A DNA stretch of 51,014 nucleotides from Patescibacteria group bacterium (lineage in GTDB: Bacteria; Patescibacteriota; Patescibacteriia; 2-12-FULL-57-11): assembly GCA_004299275.1 (NCBI GenBank), contig SCSU01000052.1, positions 1-51,014 on the forward strand, in the 5' to 3' direction. Shown here in pieces: positions 1 to 9,461 of the stretch (the stretch's first letter is position 1; the number at the start of each line of letters is the position of its first letter). The translations under genes were made by a program, and so were the position numbers. The notes under the pieces are model-generated. The model was given only the letters and a program-made list of their open reading frames with translations. It did no database searches and was not told the DNA's origin.

Positions 1-469
1 CTTCCGATCTAATTACTACGGCGCCGGCCAACAGCTCTGGAAGATTCTGCCGCGCGCCGCAATCACCGTTCATCGAGGAGAAAAACTGCCGCTGCACGGC
101 GGCGGCGCGGCGCTCAAAACCTGGATTCACGTCCGCGACGCGGCGCGGGGGGTGATTGCCGCGCTCGAGCGCGGGAGAGTCGGCGAGGTTTATCATTTCT
201 CCGACGCCGCCAATGTGCTCACCGTCGCCGAGGCGGTGCGGCGAATCAGCGCGGCGATGGGAGTCAATTTTGAAGAGGTGATCGAGATGGCGCCGGTCCG
301 GCTTGGCCAGGACCCGCGTTATCTCCTGGATTACAGCAAAGCCGGGCGCGAGCTCGGCTGGCGGCCGGAAGTAAAGTTTGACGACGGCCTTCGCGAATTA
401 ATCAGCTGGGTTCTGACCAATTGGACGACGATTAGCGGTTTGCCCCGAGAATATGTCCACCGGGCCTGA
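1..469 (+). CDS. NAD-dependent epimerase/dehydratase (dTDP-glucose 4,6-dehydratase-like), 5' truncated by window edge
   Basis: Frame is open from base 2 (FRSNYYGAGQQLWKILP...KTWIHVRDAARG...GEVYH...RLGQDPRYLLDYSKAGRELGWRP), which is the typical extended-SDR C-terminal half. Confidence 0.85.
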   Translation, partial: FRSNYYGAGQQLWKILPRAAITVHRGEKLPLHGGGAALKTWIHVRDAARGVIAALERGRVGEVYHFSDAANVLTVAEAVRRISAAMGVNFEEVIEMAPVRLGQDPRYLLDYSKAGRELGWRPEVKFDDGLRELISWVLTNWTTISGLPREYVHRA

Positions 470-1673
470 AATTGAGAAAAAATATTTTTCTGTTAGCCGC
501 GAGCGCGACCGCTGTATCGTCTGCGGCCGGGCCGGACTAACCGAAGTTTTGCCGCTTCCGGCCTTGCCGCTTACCGGGATTTTCTTACAGCCGGGCGAAG
601 ACCGCTCGCGCTATCCGAATTTTGACCAGGCCCTGCTTTTTTGCGACGAGTGCGGCCATGGGCAGCTCCGTTTTTTTATTGACCCCAAAGTCGTTTACGG
701 CAGTATTTACACGCACCGTTCCTCACGAAGCCCGATTGCCGCCGGCGGCAACGATTTTTTCGCTGCCTTTGTCGGCCAAGTCGCCGCCGGCCGCAATTTC
801 AACCGCGTGGTGGATATCGGCTGCAACGATTTATATCTGCTTGGCAAGTTTCGGGGCCGCGCGGCGGAACTCATTGGCATTGACCCCATCTGGCGGGGGA
901 AAGCGCCGCCGGAATCCGGCGGGGCGCGGGTCATCGGCAAATTCGCGGAGGAGGTTGATTTTGAGCGCGAGGCCGGCGGCGCCGACCTTGTTCTTTCGGC
1001 CCACACTTTTGAACACGTGGATTCCCCGCTCGCCCCGCTCGCGCGCGCCCTCGCCGCCGCCGCGCCGGGCGCGCTTTTCGTGATTGAAGTGCCGAGTTTG
1101 GACACCTTGCTCGCTAATCTGCGTTTTGACCAAGTGTTCCATCAGCACGTCAACTACTTCAGCCTAGCGTCGATGAGCCGGCTCATTCGCGAGCTCGGCG
1201 GCGAGTACCTCGCGCATACTTATAATTACGGCTACTGGGGCGGCACGATGCTCGTCGCTTTCCGTAAACCCGCCGGCCGTCCCGCTCCGCCGCCGGAGTT
1301 CAACCGGCCCGCTCGCGAGAGTATTGCCGAAAGTTACGCGCGTTTCCGCGAGCAGATGGACCTCGTCCGCCGCGCGCTTCTCGCGGCTCGCCACGAGACA
1401 ATCTACGGTTACGGCGCTGCGCAGATGCTGCCGACCTTGGCTTATCATCTTCGGAGCGACCTCTCATTTTTGGCCGGTCTGCTCGATGACGACCCGGCTC
1501 GGGGCGGTTTGACGTATCCGACGCTGCCGATTATCATACGAAATCCGGCGGACGATTTTTCGCTCGCTAATTCAACGGCGCTTTTGACTGCGCTGGACTC
1601 GGCGCGGCCGATACTTCGGCGCTTAATTGCTCTCGGCGCGCGCCGCATCATCCTGCCATTACCTATTCTGTAA
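453..1673 (+). CDS. NDP-sugar C-methyltransferase-like SAM-dependent methyltransferase
   Basis: N-terminal CxxC...CxxC Zn motif (CIVCG, CDECGHGQL), VDIGCND SAM motif, HTFEHV, FDQVFHQHVNYFS, GYGAA C-terminal domain. Confidence 0.85.
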   Translation: MSTGPEIEKKYFSVSRERDRCIVCGRAGLTEVLPLPALPLTGIFLQPGEDRSRYPNFDQALLFCDECGHGQLRFFIDPKVVYGSIYTHRSSRSPIAAGGNDFFAAFVGQVAAGRNFNRVVDIGCNDLYLLGKFRGRAAELIGIDPIWRGKAPPESGGARVIGKFAEEVDFEREAGGADLVLSAHTFEHVDSPLAPLARALAAAAPGALFVIEVPSLDTLLANLRFDQVFHQHVNYFSLASMSRLIRELGGEYLAHTYNYGYWGGTMLVAFRKPAGRPAPPPEFNRPARESIAESYARFREQMDLVRRALLAARHETIYGYGAAQMLPTLAYHLRSDLSFLAGLLDDDPARGGLTYPTLPIIIRNPADDFSLANSTALLTALDSARPILRRLIALGARRIILPLPIL

Positions 1674-1675
1674 CT

Positions 1676-2452
1676 ATGGACTTGGGACTAAAGGGCAAAC
1701 GCGCGCTAGTGACCGGCGCTGGCCGCGGCATCGGCCGCGCCATCGCGCTCGCGCTCTCCCGCGAGGGCGCCAAGGTCGCGGTTTTCTCGCGGAATGACGC
1801 GGACGTGAGCTCGCTCCTCGCGGCGATGGGCGGCGCGGCGGCCGGCCACTATGGGGGACCATTTGACCTGATGGCGCCGGGTGCGCCGGAGCGTTTGGCC
1901 GAGACGCTAAACGCCCGTTTCGGACTGCCGGATATCTTGGTGCATAACGTCGGTGGGACGCTCGAGGTGACCGACCCGTTTTGTTCGCTCGTGGATTGGC
2001 GCCGGGTCTTTCGATTCAATTTTGAGATCGCGGTTGAACTGGATCAGATTTTTATTCCGGCGATGCGCGAACGGCGATGGGGGAGAGTGGTGCATGTCGG
2101 CTCGACTTCTTCGATGGAGAATAACGGCCCGATTACCTACTGCGCCGCCAAGGCGGCGCTCGTCGCTTATTCGCGCAGTATGGGGCGCGTGCTGGCCAAA
2201 GACGGAGTAGTGATGTCTGCGGTGCTCCCAGGCGCCGTTTTTACCGAAGGCGGTTACTGGGACGAGGCCCTGCGCGAACGGCCGGAGCACGTGCAAAAAT
2301 ATCTCGCCGACCGGTGCCCCTTGGGCCGCTTCGGCCGGCCGGAGGACATCGCGGCGATGGTCGTTTTCCTTTGTTCTGAACTCGCGGAGTTCTGCCAGGG
2401 TTCAATCGTCCCGGTTGACGGCGGGCAGAGCCGGCATTTTTTTGCCCAATAA
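1676..2452 (+). CDS. SDR family NAD(P)-dependent oxidoreductase
   Basis: TGAGRGIG, YCAAK, PG, VDGG motifs; 258 aa. Confidence 0.9.
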   Translation: MDLGLKGKRALVTGAGRGIGRAIALALSREGAKVAVFSRNDADVSSLLAAMGGAAAGHYGGPFDLMAPGAPERLAETLNARFGLPDILVHNVGGTLEVTDPFCSLVDWRRVFRFNFEIAVELDQIFIPAMRERRWGRVVHVGSTSSMENNGPITYCAAKAALVAYSRSMGRVLAKDGVVMSAVLPGAVFTEGGYWDEALRERPEHVQKYLADRCPLGRFGRPEDIAAMVVFLCSELAEFCQGSIVPVDGGQSRHFFAQ

Positions 2453-2468
2453 AATTATTACAACCTCT

Positions 2469-3146
2469 ATGGAACGCGCTTCCAAAGAAATCCATAACCA
2501 AAAGCAGTTTGACCTCTACGCCGAGCTCGGTCCGGTTCGTTTGGGACCCTACACTTCCTATATCTGGCGCACCGACCCAAAGCATCTGCAATTTTTACTT
2601 TCCCGTTACCTGTTCGTGAGCAAGATGCTCGCGGGCAAATCCGAAGCGCTCGAGGTCGGTTGCGGCGACGCCTTGGGGACGCCGATAGTGCTCCAAACGG
2701 TAAAAAAAGTTTACGCCCTGGATTTCGAGCCGATCGTGATTGACGCCGCGCGGCATTGCATTGACCCAACGCTTAATTGCGAATTCGTGGTTCAGGACAT
2801 CACCGAAGCGCCGTTCGCCAAAAAGGTGGATGCTGTTTACTCGCTCGATTGTATTGAACACATACCGCCGGAAAAGAGCGAACGTTACTTTGCCAATGTC
2901 GCCGCTTCAATAAACAACGATGGCATCGCGATTATCGGCACGCCGAATATTACGGCTAATGCCTACGCCTCGGAGGGCAGCCGCACCTGTCATGTCAACC
3001 TCCAGAGCCACGAGACGTTGCGAGCCGCTCTCGCGGCGCATTTCAAGAATGTCTTTATCTATTCCATGAACGATGGTCTGGTGCATACCGGTTTTTACCC
3101 CATGGCCCATTACTTGCTCGGGGTCGGCGTCGGCAAAAAAATATGA
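2469..3146 (+). CDS. Class I SAM-dependent methyltransferase
   Basis: LEVGCGD, DAVYSLDCIEHI, IIGTPN; ATG at 2469 chosen because it follows the upstream stop. Confidence 0.85.
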   Translation: MERASKEIHNQKQFDLYAELGPVRLGPYTSYIWRTDPKHLQFLLSRYLFVSKMLAGKSEALEVGCGDALGTPIVLQTVKKVYALDFEPIVIDAARHCIDPTLNCEFVVQDITEAPFAKKVDAVYSLDCIEHIPPEKSERYFANVAASINNDGIAIIGTPNITANAYASEGSRTCHVNLQSHETLRAALAAHFKNVFIYSMNDGLVHTGFYPMAHYLLGVGVGKKI

Positions 3147-4942
3147 TGAATGTTTCCGAATACATCGCGGACTTTTTGGTGCGGCAGGGCATCGGACACG
3201 TCTTTGTCGTGACCGGCGGCGCCGTGGCCTGCCTGATTGATTCGGTCGCCAAGGACCGGCGGCTCGCTTACGTTTGCACTCAGCACGAGCAGGCGGCGGC
3301 TTTTGCCGTGGACGGCTATACGCGAGTGACCGGCAAGATGGGGGCGGCGATTGTGACCACCGGCCCGGGAGTCACCAACCTCGCGACCGGTGTCGCCAAT
3401 CTTTATTATGATTCGTTGCCGTCTATTTTTATCGCCGGTCAGGTTTCTACTTTTCGTCTGGCCGAGAACGCGCCCGGCGTCCGCCAGCTGGGTTTCCAGG
3501 AGGCGCCACATGTCGAATTGATGAGACCGATTACCAAGTACGCGGTTTTGGTGGCGGATCCCTCTCACATCCGTTACGAATTGGAAAAAGCGCTGTACCT
3601 GGCGGTGACTGGCAGGCCGGGTCCGGTTTTTCTGGACATTCCCGACGACGTCCAGCGCATGGAAATTGATCCCGAACGCATGGCGGGGTTCGAGCCGCCT
3701 CCAGCGCCGACCAAAGATTTATCCGGACTTTCTTTACAGGTTGATGAGGCGCTCCGACTGCTTGCGGCGGCGCGGCGGCCGATTGTCGTCTTGGGCGCGG
3801 CGGTCAAAATCGCGCGGCAACAGGCGCAGGCGATTGAATTTGTGGAAAAGTTTGGTTTGCCGACCGCCCTCACCTGGGCGGTTTGGGAACTTCTCCCGAC
3901 CGACCATCCGCTCCAGACTGGCGGCTTCGGCGTGAGTTCCACGCGCCGCGGCAACTTCGCCATTCAGAACGCCGATTTCGTGCTGTCAGTCGGCTCGCGG
4001 CTTGACACTCACGCGACCGGCACGCCCATCGCGACCTTCGCCCGCGAGGCGAAAAAAGTCATTGTTGAATTGGACGCCGCCGAGCTCAATAAATTCATGA
4101 GCGGCGGGATGCGCGTGGATGTGCCGATACTCTCCGACGTCCGTGATTTTTTTGTCGCTCTCCGCGACAAATTTACGGCCGTACAAGTCGGCGACATTAC
4201 GGAATGGCGGGCAAAAATCGCCGAGTGGCGCGAGCGTTACCCGGTTTGCCTGCCGGAGTTCCGCGAGAGCCGCGGCAGCGTCAACCCCTACGTTTTCCTG
4301 GAGATGCTCTCCGAGGAAACCGCGCCGGATGATATTATTATTCCCGATTGCGGCGGTAATCTAATCCAGACTTATCAAGGGTATCGCTTGCGGCGAGGCC
4401 AGCGGATATTTTCCGCCTTCAATAATTCCCCCATGGGCTACTCGCTGTCCGGCTCCATCGGCGCATGTTTCGCGAACGGCGGACGCCGGGTTATCTGCAT
4501 CACCGGTGACGGCGGCCTGCAGGTGAATATCCAAGAGCTCGGCACCGTGGCCCATCACCATCTGCCGATTAAGATTTTTCTTTTTAACAATCACGGTTAC
4601 GGGATTATCCAGCAGACTCAGGACGACTGGTACGGTTCGCGCTACATCGCCTCGCGGCCGCAGACGGGCCTGGCTGACCCCGATTATGTGAAGATCGCCG
4701 AGGCCTACGGCATCCGCGCCTGGACCGCGCGCTCGCATGACGACCTGCGCCAGATTATCCGGCTCACCCTGGCCCATCCGGGCCCGGCCCTCTGCAACAT
4801 GGAGTTCAGTCAGGACCAGCGCCTCCACCCGATGCTTAAAGCCGGCCGGCCGATTGAGGACCCCAATCCGCTTTTGCCGCGGGAACAATTTTTCCGCGAG
4901 ATGCTGGTCAAGCCGCTTGACAGCTCGCTCTGCGAAGACTAA
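3143..4942 (+). CDS. Thiamine diphosphate-dependent enzyme (acetolactate synthase-like / YerE-like carboligase)
   Basis: HEQAAAFA, TTGPGVTN, GRPGPVFLDIP, GDGG...NN ThDP-binding motif; sugar-cluster context. Confidence 0.9.
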   Translation: MMNVSEYIADFLVRQGIGHVFVVTGGAVACLIDSVAKDRRLAYVCTQHEQAAAFAVDGYTRVTGKMGAAIVTTGPGVTNLATGVANLYYDSLPSIFIAGQVSTFRLAENAPGVRQLGFQEAPHVELMRPITKYAVLVADPSHIRYELEKALYLAVTGRPGPVFLDIPDDVQRMEIDPERMAGFEPPPAPTKDLSGLSLQVDEALRLLAAARRPIVVLGAAVKIARQQAQAIEFVEKFGLPTALTWAVWELLPTDHPLQTGGFGVSSTRRGNFAIQNADFVLSVGSRLDTHATGTPIATFAREAKKVIVELDAAELNKFMSGGMRVDVPILSDVRDFFVALRDKFTAVQVGDITEWRAKIAEWRERYPVCLPEFRESRGSVNPYVFLEMLSEETAPDDIIIPDCGGNLIQTYQGYRLRRGQRIFSAFNNSPMGYSLSGSIGACFANGGRRVICITGDGGLQVNIQELGTVAHHHLPIKIFLFNNHGYGIIQQTQDDWYGSRYIASRPQTGLADPDYVKIAEAYGIRAWTARSHDDLRQIIRLTLAHPGPALCNMEFSQDQRLHPMLKAGRPIEDPNPLLPREQFFREMLVKPLDSSLCED

Positions 4943-4955
4943 GAAGACACTCATT

Positions 4956-6518
4956 ATGGCTCAAACTGACAACGCGCGAAAAAAGACAACGCTCCTCACC
5001 TTGCGGGCGATGAAGCAGCGGGGCGAGAAAGCGGTTTTTATCACCGCCTACGACTACCCCTTCGGCCTTTTTGCCGACCGCGCTGGCGTGGACATGATTT
5101 TGGTCGGCGATTCGCTGGCCATGACCACGCTCGGCCACGCGACCACTCTGCCGGTTACCATGGATGAGATGATCTCCCATGCCGCGGCGGTGCGCCGCGC
5201 GGTCAAGTATGCCTTCCTCATCGGCGACATGCCGTTTATGTCTTATCAGCCCTCGGACCGCGACGCCGTGCTCTCGGCCGGACGTTTTATCGCCGAGGCG
5301 GGCTGTGACGCGGTTAAGTGCGAGGGCGGTCGTCGAGTCGCGGCACGGGTCAAGGCCATGGTTGACGCCGGTATCGTCGTCATGGGCCACCTGGGGATGA
5401 CACCGCAGAATATGGCTCAAATCGGCGGCTACCGCGTACAGGGTAAAACCAAGGCGAGTTATGACGCGCTGCTTGATGACGCGCTGGCTCTGGAAGAAGC
5501 CGGAGCGTCATTTCTCTTGCTCGAAGCCATGCCCGCCGAAACCGCCGCTCTGATTCGCGATCGGCTTAAAATCCCGGTTTACGGCATCGGTGCCGGTGAC
5601 CAGGTGGACGGGCAGCTCGTGATTATCCATGACATTTTAGGGATGTTTGAACAGTTTAAGCCTAAGTTTGTGAAGCGTTTTGTGGAGGCGGGCGCGTTGA
5701 TCGAGGAAGGAATTACCCGCTACGCCTCCGAGGTGCGTTCCGGCAAGTTCCCGACGCGCGAAAATTTTTATGAAATTGACGGAGACGAGCTGCAAAAGAT
5801 TTGTTCCGCGCCGCGCGGCGAGGCGGCGCCGGTCTCGGCCGTCCAATTTTTACTTGGAAAAGAAATTAATCTCCTGGATCGTTATCCGCATTCTGCGCGC
5901 AACATTGCCGCGCGCGCCGATTGGCTGGCCGCTAAACCGGAAAACCGCGCCGTTGCCAAACAGTACGGCCGGGAATACTTCGACGGCACGCGCGACCAGG
6001 GCTACGGCGGTTACCATTACGACGGCCGTTGGATTCCGGTGGTGGAGCGTTTTATCGAGCACTATGGGCTCAGATCGGCGAGTTCCGTGCTGGATGTCGG
6101 TTCGGCCAAGGGGTTTTTCCTCCACGACCTCAGAATGCTTCGCCCGGGCATTTCGGTCGCCGGCCTTGATGTCTCGGAGTATGCTATTCAAAACGCCATG
6201 TGGGACGTGCGGCAATTTTTACAGGCGGGCAACGCCGTTTCCCTGCCGTATCCCGACAAATCTTTTGATTTGGTGGTGGCGATAAATACGCTGCATAATT
6301 TGAAACGCGAGGATTGCAAGCGCGCGCTCCGGGAGATTATGCGCGTCTCCCGCGGGCCGGCCTACATCCAAGTTGATTCGTATTTAAATCCCCGGCAAAA
6401 GGAAAATCTGGAGCGCTGGCAGCTCACGGCGGAGCTCATCTATTCGCCGGAAGAATGGCACCAACTTTTCCGCGAGGCGGGATATACCGGCGATTATTAT
6501 TGGACAATCATTGAGTGA
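4956..6518 (+). CDS. panB: Fusion: PanB-family ketopantoate hydroxymethyltransferase + class I SAM methyltransferase
   Basis: N-half ITAYDY, LVGDSLAM, DMPFMSY, VKCEGG, GHLGMTPQ, GIGAG, DGQLVIIHDILG; C-half FDGTRDQGYGGY, VLDVGSAKG, LPYPDKSFDLV, YTGDYYW; single ORF with no stop between the halves. Confidence 0.88.
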   Translation: MAQTDNARKKTTLLTLRAMKQRGEKAVFITAYDYPFGLFADRAGVDMILVGDSLAMTTLGHATTLPVTMDEMISHAAAVRRAVKYAFLIGDMPFMSYQPSDRDAVLSAGRFIAEAGCDAVKCEGGRRVAARVKAMVDAGIVVMGHLGMTPQNMAQIGGYRVQGKTKASYDALLDDALALEEAGASFLLLEAMPAETAALIRDRLKIPVYGIGAGDQVDGQLVIIHDILGMFEQFKPKFVKRFVEAGALIEEGITRYASEVRSGKFPTRENFYEIDGDELQKICSAPRGEAAPVSAVQFLLGKEINLLDRYPHSARNIAARADWLAAKPENRAVAKQYGREYFDGTRDQGYGGYHYDGRWIPVVERFIEHYGLRSASSVLDVGSAKGFFLHDLRMLRPGISVAGLDVSEYAIQNAMWDVRQFLQAGNAVSLPYPDKSFDLVVAINTLHNLKREDCKRALREIMRVSRGPAYIQVDSYLNPRQKENLERWQLTAELIYSPEEWHQLFREAGYTGDYYWTIIE

Positions 6519-7549
6519 ACATGCGTGCCGCAGTACTTATCGCTCCGGGCAAGCCGTTAGAAATTTGGGACGTCGTTTTGCCGGAACCGGGTCTTGGCCA
6601 AGTCCGGGTGCGTTTGCGCCGGAGCGGCATCTGCGGCAGTCAATTGCTCGAAGTTAGCGGTAGCCGGGGGGAGGACGCCTATCTGCCGCATCTCCTCGGT
6701 CACGAGGGTTCGGGAACAGTGATCTCCGTCGGCGCCGGCGTCACTAAGGTGCGTCCCGGTGACCGGGTTATTATTTCTTGGATGACAGGAGTTGGTCTGG
6801 ACGCCGGCGGCCTTCGGCTTACTGCCGGAACCCGAACGGTCAACGCCGGGCCGGTCGCCACGCTGGCGGAGGAGGCAATTGTGCCGGAGAACCGGCTAGT
6901 TCCTATCCCCGACGGTGTTCCGCTCCCCGACGCCGCGCTGGTCGGCTGCGCGCTGGCCACTGGCTGCGGCATCGTGCGCAATACTCTGCAATTACGCGCG
7001 GGACAATCAATCGCGGTATTTGGCGCCGGCGGCATCGGAATCAATGTTGTCCAGATGGCACGTTACTCGGGTGCCGGCCCGATAATTGCCATAGACGTTG
7101 ACCAAAAAAAGTTGGCGTGGGCTAAGGAATTCGGCGCCACCGAGGTGATTGACGCGCGCCGCGAAGATGTTCTCGGCGCGATTTACGCGTTCTCCGGCGG
7201 CGGCGTTGACGCGGCGGTCGCGACTGCCGGTTCCCGCTCTTCAATGGAGCTCGCTCTCGCCGCGGTCAAGCGCGGCGGCACGGCGGTAATTGCCGGGAAC
7301 CTCGCGGCCGGCGAACGCGTGAGCATTGACCCGTTTGATTTGATCAAAGGAAAGCGGCTTATCGGCACCTGGGGTGGAGAGAATAATCCGGACAGCGACT
7401 TTCCTTTTTATCTGGATCTCGTGAGGCAAGGAGCGCTGCGGCTTAAAGAACTTGCCAGTCACAGCTTTCCTTTGGAAGCGGTCAACGAGGCGCTGGCTGC
7501 GCTTCGCGCCGGCAACGCGCTGCGCGCTGTTGTTGATCTCGCGCCATAA
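6515..7549 (+). CDS. Zinc-binding (MDR) alcohol dehydrogenase
   Basis: GICGS, GHEGSG, GDRV, VGCA, FGAGGIG; alternative ATG at 6521. Confidence 0.88.
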   Translation: MNMRAAVLIAPGKPLEIWDVVLPEPGLGQVRVRLRRSGICGSQLLEVSGSRGEDAYLPHLLGHEGSGTVISVGAGVTKVRPGDRVIISWMTGVGLDAGGLRLTAGTRTVNAGPVATLAEEAIVPENRLVPIPDGVPLPDAALVGCALATGCGIVRNTLQLRAGQSIAVFGAGGIGINVVQMARYSGAGPIIAIDVDQKKLAWAKEFGATEVIDARREDVLGAIYAFSGGGVDAAVATAGSRSSMELALAAVKRGGTAVIAGNLAAGERVSIDPFDLIKGKRLIGTWGGENNPDSDFPFYLDLVRQGALRLKELASHSFPLEAVNEALAALRAGNALRAVVDLAP

Positions 7550-7551
7550 AT

Positions 7552-8268
7552 ATGCCCGAGCTCACCATTGTCGTCCCTTGTTACAACGAAGTAACGGTCA
7601 TTGCCAAGACGCTTTCAAACATTATGGACGCTTTGGCCGGACGCAGTCTGGAGGCCGAAGTTTTGGTTGTTGACGATTGCTCAACGGACAACACCGCCGG
7701 TGTGGTCGCGGCGTATCAGAACGCGCACCCGGACGCAATGGTTAAATTGCATCGGAATCCCGTGAACCGCGGCTCCGGTTACAGTTACGCCGCCGGCGCC
7801 GCGTTCGGAACCGGCCGGTGGTGCATATTGGTCCCGGGTGATAACGACCTGCCGGCAGATGCGCTTAGCGCCATTTTTAATCGTCTCGGTTCGGCGGAGA
7901 TTCTTCTGCCCTACCCGCGACTGGAGGATTTCCGGGAGCGGCCGCTGCTCAGGCGCGTAGTTTCGCGCGCTTATAACGCGCTGATTTGTTTTGCCGGCGG
8001 TATCAGGGTGCGGTACGTGCACAGCCCGCCGGTTTATCCGCGGGAGTTTATTGTTTCTTCAAAAATTTCGCCATCTGGTTTTGGATATTTTGCCGAATTG
8101 CTCTGTCTAGCCGTCAGGACTGGACTAACGGTTGCCGAGTTCCCGGTACCGGCCCTTTACGGCCAGCAAGAGGGCACCAGCGCGTTTCGTCTCGCCAACC
8201 TGCGTTCGGTTGCCGCGAGCATCGCCAGGATTTTTATGCGGCGCGTGCTTCCGCGCTCTCACGGTTGA
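7552..8268 (+). CDS. Glycosyltransferase family 2
   Basis: IVVPCYNE, VVDDCSTDNT, NRGSG, GDND. Confidence 0.88.
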   Translation: MPELTIVVPCYNEVTVIAKTLSNIMDALAGRSLEAEVLVVDDCSTDNTAGVVAAYQNAHPDAMVKLHRNPVNRGSGYSYAAGAAFGTGRWCILVPGDNDLPADALSAIFNRLGSAEILLPYPRLEDFRERPLLRRVVSRAYNALICFAGGIRVRYVHSPPVYPREFIVSSKISPSGFGYFAELLCLAVRTGLTVAEFPVPALYGQQEGTSAFRLANLRSVAASIARIFMRRVLPRSHG

Positions 8269-8293
8269 CAGCCGCCTCTCCAGCGGTTAATCT
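8265..8293 (+). promoter_or_regulatory. Putative sigma70 promoter (TTGACA-N17-TAATCT)
   Basis: Perfect -35, 17-bp spacer, weak -10, upstream of ATG 8327. Confidence 0.45.
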
Positions 8294-8326
8294 TTCTTCT
8301 TCTTTCAATGTTTTAATGTTTCGGTC

Positions 8327-9409
8327 ATGCTCGGGTGGGTAGATCACGCGGACTATCGCAAATGGCAGTCGCGTCAGGCGAAGGGAGACCTGCCGCCTGA
8401 TTTTTTATCGGGCCTGCGAGTTTTGGTTGTCGGCGCCGGTTCGATCGGCAAGCGGCATATCGGCAACCTCACGGCGCTTGGCATCGGCAACGTCGCCGTC
8501 GTTGAGCCGCGCGAAGACCGGCGGCGGGAGGCGCAAGAACGTTTTGGCGCGCTGCCGTTTTTTGCCACGGAGGAGCTGGCTTACGCGGCCGGCAGTTATG
8601 ACGCGGTCGTGGTGGCCAATCCGCCGGCGTTGCACGCCGCGAGCGGGGAACGCGCCTTGCTCGCTGGCGCGCACGTGCTCATGGAAAAAAGCATCACCGA
8701 CCGCGTGGAAACGGCGGAGCATTTTCTCCGCCTGGCTCGGCGCGCCGGCAAAGTCGTCGCGGTAAATTATGTCTACCGCTATGCCGACACGCTCAGAACT
8801 GTCGCGGAGCTCCTCTCCCGCGGCGAGATCGGCAAGATTTATTCGGCACAGATTGTTTTTTCGGAATGTTTGCTGGACTGGCATCCGGGCGAGCATCCGC
8901 GCGCCTGGTATGCCGGCCACAAGGACCTGGGCGGCGGCGAACTTTCTGACGAAAATCACGCCGTGGATATCGCGCGGTGGCTTTTTGGCGAGGTGCGCGA
9001 GGTAATGGCTTATGTCGGCCGGTTGGGTGAATTGACGCTGGACGCCGATGATTTCGCCGAAGTGACACTGACGCACCAAAACGGCATCATCTCGCAAATC
9101 CATCTGGACGCGCTCGGCCGTGAGCCGCGCAAAGAGATGCGGATTATCGGGGAGGCGGGGAGCATTTTTTGGGATTCCTATATGGGCGGGAACCGCGTGG
9201 AGCTTTTCCGCGCCGCGGACCGCCGGCGGGAAATTTTCCCCGGCGCGATGGCGCGTAACGACTATTTTGTCGAGCAGCTCCGCGATTTTTTACTCTGCGT
9301 TGCCCGCGGCGGCCGGCCGCTCGCGGGCGGCGACGAGGCGCTCGCGGCGTTAAAAATTTGCGCGGCGGCGGAGCGCTCCTCGCGCGAGGGCGTTAGGGCC
9401 CGACTTTAA
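8327..9409 (+). CDS. Gfo/Idh/MocA family oxidoreductase
   Basis: VVGAGSIGKRH, HVLMEKS, GGGELSDENHAVD. Confidence 0.88.
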   Translation: MLGWVDHADYRKWQSRQAKGDLPPDFLSGLRVLVVGAGSIGKRHIGNLTALGIGNVAVVEPREDRRREAQERFGALPFFATEELAYAAGSYDAVVVANPPALHAASGERALLAGAHVLMEKSITDRVETAEHFLRLARRAGKVVAVNYVYRYADTLRTVAELLSRGEIGKIYSAQIVFSECLLDWHPGEHPRAWYAGHKDLGGGELSDENHAVDIARWLFGEVREVMAYVGRLGELTLDADDFAEVTLTHQNGIISQIHLDALGREPRKEMRIIGEAGSIFWDSYMGGNRVELFRAADRRREIFPGAMARNDYFVEQLRDFLLCVARGGRPLAGGDEALAALKICAAAERSSREGVRARL

Positions 9410-9418
9410 TTGTTACTG

Positions 9419-9447
9419 TTGACACTCGCGGTGTCAGCCGGTATCTT
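9419..9447 (+). promoter_or_regulatory. Putative sigma70 promoter (TTGACA-N17-TATCTT) overlapped by inverted repeat TGACAC-N5-GTGTCA
   Basis: Consensus match with 17-bp spacer, 14 bp before ATG 9462; dyad at 9420-9436. Confidence 0.55.
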
Positions 9448-9461
9448 TCGGGCACTTGCCT

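Noticed and set aside
4737-4955. Upstream extensions in the ORF track (4737, 2415, 21292, 21992, 39004 starts)
   Set aside because: They overlap upstream genes or promoters and add non-homologous residues; downstream ATGs fit the operon spacing better
3143-6518. Housekeeping ilvB/panB operon for branched-chain amino acid or pantothenate synthesis
   Set aside because: No ilvN/ilvC/ilvD/panC/panD nearby; the genes are tightly linked to sugar-modifying genes and PanB is fused to a methyltransferase
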